A stretch of 32,076 nt of DNA from Asterionella formosa. Taxonomy: Eukaryota. The notes below the pieces were generated by a model that was not told the origin of the DNA, did no database searches, and saw only the letters and a list, made by a program, of their open reading frames with translations. Shown one piece after another: positions 23,301 to 32,076 of the stretch. Numbering within the stretch: the first letter of the stretch is position 1; each line of letters begins with the position of its first letter. Made by a program: the position numbers and the translations under genes. Location: NCBI GenBank assembly GCA_002256025.1, contig NKIB01000541.1, positions 1 to 32,076 of the forward strand, given 5' to 3'.

Positions 23301-24755
23301 ATGACAACGATGATATCACAGAAGAGGATGAATAGGCCTAGCACAAACATGGTCACGAGGCTACTCCTTGTCTCTCTTTCGGTCTGGTTTTCCTTTCTTG
23401 GATCTGCCCTCTACATGCTTCATGCACAGATGTCCACTCATGACCCGCCTCAGAGTAAACCATTTGGCGCCAAGACACGAAATGAGAAGGCTTTTAGAGG
23501 AGGAGAAACACTTAAACAGTACCACATGGTGTTTTCAACATCTTGCTCGCCATTTCAAGACTGGCAATCAATTGTGTTTTTCTACTTTGCATGGAAAGTC
23601 AAGCAAACCGGAACTGTTACTAGAATCGCGTCTGGATGCACAAATAAACAGGTGGAACAACTGAGACAAATGCATAAGGAACAGATTGAAATTCTTTCCT
23701 CCAACTTCAAGTTGTACATAACACCAGACTTCAACTTTTCGGGAAGAACCAAGTACTTCAACAAACCGTATGGACTCCGGCATTGGATGGAGAATGAGCT
23801 TGGCTATCCAGGAGGGGCTTCAGAACACGATGACGATATAATTATGCTTCTTGACCCGGACATGATGTTGCTTCGACCCTTGACACATACCTTTTACGAC
23901 TATCCATCCGAGATCTGGTGGAACAATGATTTCCGCGAAATCAAGTGGGAAGTAACCCATGGTTGGCCGATGGCAAGCATATACGCATTCGGAAACAGTT
24001 GGCAAACATCGGTCAATAAGTTTGGAAACATGACGTACGTTGTTGGGGAGGGTTCTCCCGCATTGAAGGTCAGCAGGAAGGAGGCAGAACAACTCTACCC
24101 AGCTGGTCCGCCATATTTGGCGACGGCTCGAGATATGTACGCCATTGTGAAAGTTTGGACAGTTCACGTCATTCGATATTACGATGTTTTTTCTGGATTC
24201 ATGTCAGAAATGTATGCTTACTCCACAGCTGCCGCGCATTTAAAGTTGCCACACCAGTTGTCAATCGGTTTCATGTTATCTAATACTGAGAACAAGCTAT
24301 CTGAAAAATGGAACTTTCTGAATAACGTCAGTCGAGCGGACAGCTGTGAACCAAAGTTACCTCAAAACCAGTTACCGGCAGTTTTTCATTATTGTCAAAG
24401 ATATGCACTAGGTCGGTGGTATTTTGTCAAGTACCAACTACGCAATTCCTTTGTTTGCACTGCACCCCTACTTCGCGTGCCTCCCCGCGATGTGGGAAGT
24501 CGTTATGACTGGTATATTTTCCCGAATGAGGATATTAAAAAGAAATTCACTGAAAGAAATCAGTTGATTGATATCATTTACAATTCCTATGCCCTGTGTA
24601 CCATGATTGATTCTTGGAACGAAGTAGCAACGCACTACAAGAATCATCACTGCAAAGATGATACAGGGAACTATCACAAATCGTTTGTGTTTCATACTAC
24701 CCAGAAATTTGAAAATTTCTTAGCACACCCCGAACTTGAAGTAATCGATAGCTAG
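23301..24755 (+). CDS. Peptidyl-serine O-galactosyltransferase (SERGT1)/HPAT-like glycosyltransferase, type II membrane
   Basis: N-terminal signal anchor; HMVFSTSCSPFQDWQS, VTRIASGC, NKPYG..HW, LDPDM, GPPY, SEMYAY..AAAHL.LPH and HYCQRY motifs. Confidence 0.85.
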   Translation: MTTMISQKRMNRPSTNMVTRLLLVSLSVWFSFLGSALYMLHAQMSTHDPPQSKPFGAKTRNEKAFRGGETLKQYHMVFSTSCSPFQDWQSIVFFYFAWKVKQTGTVTRIASGCTNKQVEQLRQMHKEQIEILSSNFKLYITPDFNFSGRTKYFNKPYGLRHWMENELGYPGGASEHDDDIIMLLDPDMMLLRPLTHTFYDYPSEIWWNNDFREIKWEVTHGWPMASIYAFGNSWQTSVNKFGNMTYVVGEGSPALKVSRKEAEQLYPAGPPYLATARDMYAIVKVWTVHVIRYYDVFSGFMSEMYAYSTAAAHLKLPHQLSIGFMLSNTENKLSEKWNFLNNVSRADSCEPKLPQNQLPAVFHYCQRYALGRWYFVKYQLRNSFVCTAPLLRVPPRDVGSRYDWYIFPNEDIKKKFTERNQLIDIIYNSYALCTMIDSWNEVATHYKNHHCKDDTGNYHKSFVFHTTQKFENFLAHPELEVIDS

Positions 24756-24858
24756 CTAGGTCACAAATGTTTTGACTATTTCTCAAGGTAGATAATCAAT
24801 GTTGTCAGGGTTTGCAACATATAATTGATTTGTGTGTATGTGTGTGTTGGGAGGGGGG

Positions 24859-25896
24859 TCATTCAAGTTTTGACTCAGCCTTTTCCAGGTCTTTTCGCAA
24901 GAACAATAGGGGTACTCCATCAATCATGTATAGCCCCATCTGTAATAGCTCAGGTCCCATCCAATCAAATTTGTGGTTGACCGTATCAGCCAAAACGGGT
25001 TTATAACCCAGAGACTTGTAAAGGGATTGGGCCACTTTGCCGGAATCGTGGTCAGCGTCTACATGCAGCGAGATCGAAGTGCATCCCCAGGATCGTGCCA
25101 ATCCTTCAACTGCTTTCATCATCACCTTACTGTAACCTCGCCCTCTATACTCCTCTGCGATTAAGAGATTGGAAACCCATCCATCCGGTGGAGGCAGATT
25201 CTTAGATTGAGAGTAGGCCAGCTTATACCACAAAGGCAACGGAACTGGAGGTGGGTTTCGTTCGGCATCCAGGGGCTGCATGCTAAGTTCGACAATCCCA
25301 ATAATTTTCCCTTCCTCCTCTAGGCAAAGGATAGTGTCATCGGGTTCCTCCGATGTATCCCCTTGAATTTGGCGTTGAATCTTCATTTCTAGGGACATGC
25401 TTATTAACGGACCAAACATAACCGAGTCCAACCAGGCCTGGATAGATTCTTTGGTAAGGTTTTTCCAGGGGAAACCTTGGACTTCGCTTTCTCTCCCAAA
25501 TTCCTTGACGCACATTGGTACCAGTTCGGGTAGATCACTCTTGTTGATGTTGCGAATGACGAGGCTCTTGGGCAAATGCTTGCCTTCGAATTGTTTCTGA
25601 CCTTCATATTTCAGATCAATTGATGTTGGGAAAGATATCGAACTCTGACTGATACGATCCAAAGCATCACCTGGAATGGTCCAAAGCGACTTTCGTCCGC
25701 GAACACTGGAATTGAAGAACAACTGCAATGGCTGAATGCGACTTGTAGGTTCTACTGGCCCTTGACGCGCGTGGGATTTCGCATGAGGATTTGATGACTT
25801 TTGACCAAGGAACGCAGCATGAGGATCTGCCCTTACAAATCCATCATAGAATGCCCAGAACAGGAAAAGACCGCTGCGCTTGACCCACATGGTCAT
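24859..25896 (-). CDS. GNAT-family N-acetyltransferase with N-terminal targeting sequence
   Basis: GIVELS, VSNLLIAEEYRGRGYSK (acetyl-CoA motif A), LHVD and AQSLYKSLGY. Confidence 0.9.
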   Translation of the reverse strand: MTMWVKRSGLFLFWAFYDGFVRADPHAAFLGQKSSNPHAKSHARQGPVEPTSRIQPLQLFFNSSVRGRKSLWTIPGDALDRISQSSISFPTSIDLKYEGQKQFEGKHLPKSLVIRNINKSDLPELVPMCVKEFGRESEVQGFPWKNLTKESIQAWLDSVMFGPLISMSLEMKIQRQIQGDTSEEPDDTILCLEEEGKIIGIVELSMQPLDAERNPPPVPLPLWYKLAYSQSKNLPPPDGWVSNLLIAEEYRGRGYSKVMMKAVEGLARSWGCTSISLHVDADHDSGKVAQSLYKSLGYKPVLADTVNHKFDWMGPELLQMGLYMIDGVPLLFLRKDLEKAESKLE

Positions 25897-26815
25897 GGTG
25901 GGGACATCAATACGTACATCCGGTCGTAGCTTGAGTTCAGTTCTACAAATGCCGGCACCGCTACTTGGTACCAGGTACCAGGTATTCCACTAAATATCCG
26001 TGGAATATCGGGACTGCCTCTCTCTGATGGTTGAAAACAGTCGCAGCGATTCTTGATTTCGACTCCTTCGATTTTCTCCGGCTCAGTTGCCCTACATATT
26101 GTACGCCTCCTGCCTTGCCGAAAGGCAAGACACACCCAAGATGGTAAGAAAACATACGAGGGTACCCTGGTGTCAGAGTGTGTCTGATAGGCTGTTGATG
26201 TCGACAGGTGTCCGAAAGCTATTGAGGAATGTCTAAAAATGGAAATAGGCAGGATTTATAAAGCAAAATAATATGCAGACGAGTCGGTTTGACAAAGATC
26301 TTGACCGGTCATTCCAGGGCAGCACTGGAATTCGCAAGAAGAGGCACCATATATTTCAACAACCTGGTACCTGCAAGTTGTGGTCATTTTGCCGAAAATG
26401 AAATTAGGTGCCGGCAGGCTCTCAAGCTCGATTCCAACAGTAATAATATTACCTCGACATTTAGAAAATTTCTAATGGTTTTGCACTGGCCCATTCATTT
26501 CAATTATATCAAAATCAAATTTTGAAGAATGATTTTCTGAAAAACCAGGTTTCCGCATTGGAGAAAATTAGAGAGTAGGAAACCCCCATCTCGCTCGAGG
26601 AGGCAGTTTTCGGAAAGCAAGCAAGAAGAGTACTTATTTGTCGATGAGAACCGTTTCTCTATGCCTCCGAAATTGGCGTTGCTCTTAGCCTACTGGTGTT
26701 GCTGATGATTAGTAGTGGCTGCCAACATTTTTCGGAAAATCTGTTTTTTTAGTAGCTAATGAAGCAACAATCAAATATGTCAGGACCTACAAAGAATATT
26801 GGTGGCTCCCATCTT

Positions 26816-27308
26816 CTATTTCCTTGTCCTGGTGGCCAACCAATATGCAGTAACCCAGTTGCTGTGTACTTCTTGGTGTATATGTTTCCGAAATACCTCA
26901 AGAGGAAATCCTTGATACTCCTCTCTGGTCTCACGGAGCTTTTGAGGCACCATGATGTCCTGCTTCCCATCTCTGATGTCAAGCTTGAGAAGATTTTGAG
27001 CTTCCAAGAACCCATCCCAATGAGAACATGAGAATCCTGATTGATTTGTGATGATGGGAAGACGAGGGTGCACTAGCCTATCATGGGCAACTGCAGCACT
27101 GTCCACAATAGCTTTATCATGATAATGTTTCTTGAAAGCTTTCCGGAGGCTATACAGGTTTTTTCTGAATTTTTTGTACTCCACCTCCCTGTATTCATCG
27201 CGCATTTCATAGAAATCCTTTGGTCCTATGTTATGCTGGAGCTTTCCTGCCTGAATAGCTATCCTTTGTCAGGAGCTGCTTTGCAATCTCCCATGGTGTG
27301 GTAGACAT
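26816..27308 (-). pseudogene. Transposon accessory ORF with a duplicated helical motif, frameshifted
   Basis: ATG at 27308: PWEIAKQLLTKD...(frameshift)PKDFYEMRDEY...FRKNL, then W...AQNLLKLDI..G....PQKLRETREEY...FRKHI. Confidence 0.65.
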
Positions 27309-27543
27309 TTTATTTCGTCTTGCTTATATACTGGTACCGGGGTACTATTATTGACTATGATTGTGGTGCATTGTTTTCAAGCAAAGAAGCCATGGTCGTA
27401 TTTGAAAAGTTGCTTCCGTCGTGTATATATAGTAAAACTAACAGGGTACTAGAATTACATAATTTCTATTGTGCAAAATGTAATTCATGAATGATACCAA
27501 TTTACTCTAGTTGTTTAATCTGATAGAATTCGTTTTGCATCTC

Positions 27544-28529
27544 TTAAACATCAGAAATTGGATGACCATCCTCCATTTCATACTGGACAATGACAAAGAC
27601 AGCCTTGAAGACAACTTTGTGTTTTTCTACACCATGCCGGAATCGTTCTGCTAGGATTTTAAAACTTTTGATCTGCCCTTTGAAAGTTTTGTGCCGCGCA
27701 CGAGCGCTTTCCTTAAAATCATTTACTATCGCACTATCCAAGGGATTGCGGGTGCTGATCTGTTGCTCTCCCCTATACCCTTCATCGCCAACAGCTCTCT
27801 TTCTAGCAGCGATTTTGGTATTGAGACCACCTTCGTTGCGAAAGATAGTGATGTCATGATGCCCTGCCGGAAATGGACCATTCATCAAGACCAATTGATT
27901 ATTGAATATTGAAATACCAAGCTCATAGGCCAACCCAGCCTGGTTGAACTTTTTGGAGTACCAGGAGGCACTTGGTTGGGTCCGAGGCTCATTGATGCGA
28001 CAGTGTGTTCTATCCACTGTAGCTAATAATGAAGATCTCATCAGTTTGTTGGTTGTCGTCAAAGTGCCAAATAATCTATAATAATGGGAGTATCAAAATA
28101 CCAAGGAAAAGAAATGAGAAATGGCGCACCAATAGTTCGCAATTTTGTTTTGTTATGATCAACAGCACTGACCTCTTGTCCCTCCTTAAGACCTTGAATT
28201 GCATGCACGTACACCCAAATCCATTTTCGTGCTGTCTTCTCAACCATTTCTAATGATCCAGCAAATTCCTCTTCAATCTTGTAGGTTCTCCACCAATGTA
28301 GAGCCATCATGAGGTGGACTGTGAAGGGATTGATGATACGAGCCATGTCAATCTCCGTTGTCTGCAAATCCATGAAGATTTTTGTGAAACTCTCCGGACT
28401 AGTTCCAAAATGTGCGCAGAAGCGCCTGAGGTTAGTGGCTGCGCAAGTTCTCTGAGTAGACCTCTCATCAAATCCAACAAAATCAAGGCCCACAAAGATG
28501 AATTCGAAAGCAGAAAGATAGAGCACCAT
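27544..28529 (-). pseudogene. DDE superfamily transposase pseudogene with probable intron 28076-28172
   Basis: N-terminal HTH region (RRFCAHFG, ALHW, EKTARKWIW), TVD(R)THC..EP, YSKKF..AGLAYE, NGPFPAG..DITIFR, GDEGYRG, ARARH(K)TF..IK.F.IL..RFRH. Intron GAG|GTCAGT...TATAG|ATT. Confidence 0.88.
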
Positions 28530-31500
28530 GGTGTTATCAGAGCAAGAATTTGGCTCCCTTGAGCGATGTTTTGAATTATTCAGCTGAGTTGTGAAATTTT
28601 TGATGTTCGCTTGATGATTTTTACTGTCTGTATCTATGATATGCATGCAAACATATGTTCTAAAGTGTGATTTTTTTCAGGTACCACATGTTAAGTCATT
28701 GCATATTGGCGGTTGAACAACAACAAATTCTATGATCATTGCTCTGTCTGTGCCTCTGACCCCGACGGAATCTAGCCCTTGGTAAAAACCCCAAATTTTT
28801 TGGGATTGGGGGTTTTTGGAGGGGGGGGGGTTGAGATTGGGTGAATTGGGCAAATGAGTTTCACCCAAACCCAAAAATAGTTCCAGCCAATTCGAATTCC
28901 AGCAGAAAAGTGTTCAAAATAATCATACGACGAATGAAAGATAACCGTTGTAAGAGCTGGCAAGCATATCTATTTGAGTATTAGATCCTCATGCATGAAT
29001 ATCTGCAATGTCTAATTCTTCATTCTTTAGGTGGATTTACCGCAACTTGCTGGTACCAGGTAGTATGTGGTATGTTGCTGCCAAAAAAGGGTACATGTTG
29101 AGGCAATTTCCGCTCAACCGATTGTCTTGCCGCTCAGGTACGTTTAAGTAATATTTAAGCTCTCTGTAAATTGTTAACAGTAATACACATAAAAAAGGTA
29201 AAACAAGCATCAAACACATGAGAATGATTGTAGCATTCTATATCAATGAAAATTGAACATGATGTTTGGAGCAACCAAAGTATGTTATGCAATGAAATAA
29301 GTAGCATCAAATGAGAAATAGAAAATTTTGTTTTCGGTTTAAAAAAAATTAAAAATATGAGTTTCAGTGGAGACATGTGCATTGTAGTATATGCATTGTA
29401 GTACTTACACAGGCGAAATTCCATCACACAATTGAAGAGCAAAATAAAACAGACATGACGAAAAAGCTGTACCCAATTGAGATCTGCATCGTGATGTAGC
29501 ATAGATGATCTGGTTGCTGCAACCATGAACATCACTGTAGTAGCCTGACTCAAGGAGTTGCAGTCCTTCCGCCCACCGTCATTGCTTCCTCCAACCAAAC
29601 ACCCTTGATCATCATTCCATCCAATCCATTCTGATTGAGTATGATCGCCAGGCTGCTCCAACACTATTGACTCCCTCTAGCTGAATATACGGAGCTTGTA
29701 ATATGAACTCCTAGCTAGTAGAAATGTAGCAAAGCGCGTTAGTACAAGAAAAGCATTGCTTGGCGGCATTATTTGACATCATTGTCAACAACTATTCAAA
29801 TCAACAATGGCACAATGCATCTTCAAAGAGTTAGTCATTGATAAATACATTGGTTCTTATGTAGATAGATACAATCAAATCAAAATGACAGTGCGGAACG
29901 ACAAACAACGATGGAAGCGATCAAAACAGACCATGGAAGCAATCAAATATGAAATTTCGATAAATAGGATCTACAATTCACACTCAGTGATTCACTGTTG
30001 CACTCACCGATCCGCTTCAACTAGCATAACAAGCAGCAGGCGATGGGATCAAAGAAAGACAAACATTGCTGTTGCAAGCCCGAATACAGCAATGGCCGCA
30101 GGCAGGAGGATAGAGTGAGAATTATAATTGTGAGGACGAAATTGGGCATACGGTACGTAAATTAATCAATATATGTGAAAAATATAATTTAATATTCTGG
30201 TCTCGTAAAAATAATACCAAGTCTACAGCAACAACATTACAACGTGTTAAAAGCAAGCATGAAAGTTTAGCTTAAACCATGCATGGTTGTTTCAAGTACC
30301 ACGTAGTTAGTACATATGTAGGCTAGATGACTACTACATACTGGTGGTAGAATATCCGTTAAGGATCATCACATGCATGACCAGAGGAAAAACTTGCGAC
30401 CAACATCAGATATATACCGATATCACTGTTTGTCCAAAGAATTATGGACAATGCGGCTATGTGAATCCCACGAGAAGACAAGCAATCCAACAACCAACCG
30501 CATCCGTTTGACAACAAATGGCTTCTAGCTGGCGTCATCACTGAACTGATTTCGCTTCAGACTGGGTATGATGGACAATGATCAGCATAGTGAAAGGTGA
30601 ATTTCTCAAGTTAGTTTTCAGGCAAAGAACAAAAACGAGGTAAATACTAGGTTTATTTGAATCAAATCTGCAGAGTGTATAGAATGGTTTCCGTAAGTAC
30701 TAGACCCCTTGCCAATTCCGGCAATCCCAGGACTGGAAAACCGAGGGGCAATTGGCGCAAATTGTCTTGCCGAAATGCAAACATAAGAAATATACAAAAG
30801 AAATTTTAATTATGGGAAATATCTGACCTTTGGCAAGATTTTATGTGTCGATTGGAAATATACGAAATTTTATTTTTATGATGGGCTATAGAAAGCTAAA
30901 AACGTCATTTATGCTTTAGTTTTGGGCAGTAGGTAAGCGAATGGCATGATGATAGCTAGTTTCTGAATTGCCTCAACAATTCCTTTCTCGGTGGCTACTT
31001 GGCTTCTTGTTTACATGTGTACTCGACTGGGATGGCACTCCAAGGGTGACCGGCACAGGAGCCTCAACACATGTATGCTCACAGGCACTCTAATCACTAA
31101 TTTAACATACCCCCTTCCAAACTACTATTAAGCTTCTCAGGTTTGTTAATTGACTCAAACTTCTCTCCTCCTCCTTCTTTGTCCTCACTGGCTGCTGTTC
31201 ACTACCATTCCCTCTTTCCCACCAGGTTATGAGCTAAAGATTTTTCCTTGAAAGAAACAAAACTGTTGATTGTTAATTCGATTAAGCTCTTGGTGAGGAA
31301 TTTAGGCATCAATTTCTCATGTCATTAGTCATGCATTTTTCGACTGACAAGTCTTTCAAATTGATCATACTATTGGACTTATTAAGGCTTGTTTCACATT
31401 GGATTTTTAACTACAAAAGGAGGCAATTATTTTTTTCACCCAGGGAGGTTTCCAAAGAATGTTTTGGTTGCCATATAAACTAGAATATAATTCCACTTCT

Positions 31501-32076
31501 GGTTGTAGTATCCTGACATAAATTGTTGTATGATTCAATTCCCAACCCCTTTTGATATGACACCTGTTTTATAGACATGAATATAATATTGTCGGGAGTG
31601 ACTGCATCATAAGATATTTTGTCAACCTATTCTTTTATTTTATAGCACAGCATTTCTGAAAGTCATAGTCATTTGCCGAAAGGCATATATCAGCCATTTG
31701 CTGGGGGTCTTTCGTTGTTGCTTGTTGGCGGACATCATAATTGTCGCAAACATAGTAGTTTGGACTAACGGACAGAAGATGTCGAACAAGGAATGCAGTG
31801 AACACGTTCTCGAATATATGTATCGGTAGTCTGTGGTGACAGGTTGATAATGGTCGCTTGCTTCAGCGAAATGACCGGAACATGTAAATTCCCGTGTGGT
31901 GTATGATCGCTAGACTATGGCGAATGTGAGAATGAACCATATTTCACTACGGGTTCTCCGAGTACCCTAGTACCTGGGTGTTCAAGTTGCCGATGACTGA
32001 GTGACTGATGGCGACTATCATCCAGTGACTGAACAGAACAAACCTTGAATTTATGATGCTTTTTCGTGTAATGGTC

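Larger units (their letters stand above)
26370..29053 (-). mobile_element. DDE_Tnp_4-type (PIF/Harbinger/ISL2EU clan) DNA transposon with short imperfect TIRs
   Basis: Left CCTGGTA|CCTGCAAGTTGTGGTCA; right TTACCGCAACTTGCTGG|TACCAGG. These are inverted and bracket two minus-strand ORF relics. The exact boundary is ambiguous (TSD TA, GTAC or GGTACC). Confidence 0.8.

Noticed and set aside
26114..26129. CTTGCC-GAAA-GGCAAG tetraloop hairpin as an ncRNA
   Set aside because: Isolated 6-bp stem with no supporting structure.
29155..30600. Short ORFs as genes
   Set aside because: No recognisable domain, frequent stops and no consistent splice model.

Overview
Eukaryotic nuclear DNA, most likely from a diatom or related stramenopile. 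This is inferred from compact genes, short GT-AG introns and a signal peptide plus ASAF-like plastid presequence on CCB4. Ten host genes are supported: CRAL-TRIO, PPR-like, PIP5K, truncated-haemoglobin-like, SLX4IP-like, FHA, GT8, CCB4, SERGT1-like glycosyltransferase and GNAT. Four mobile-element relics lie among them: a 5'-truncated tyrosine-recombinase pseudogene (16.1-17.0 kb); two related PIF/Harbinger elements in tandem with TTA TSDs, one two-gene and decayed, one non-autonomous with unrelated internal cargo; and a 2.7 kb DDE_Tnp_4-type element with a non-Myb partner ORF. The most unusual signal is a family of palindromic TA-CC(W)GG-TA arrays in non-coding DNA. The 2.7 kb element sits exactly at the centre of one such motif, and its termini would regenerate the motif on imprecise excision, which suggests self-propagating transposon-footprint arrays (inference). 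All family calls come from motif recognition by eye; no searches were run.
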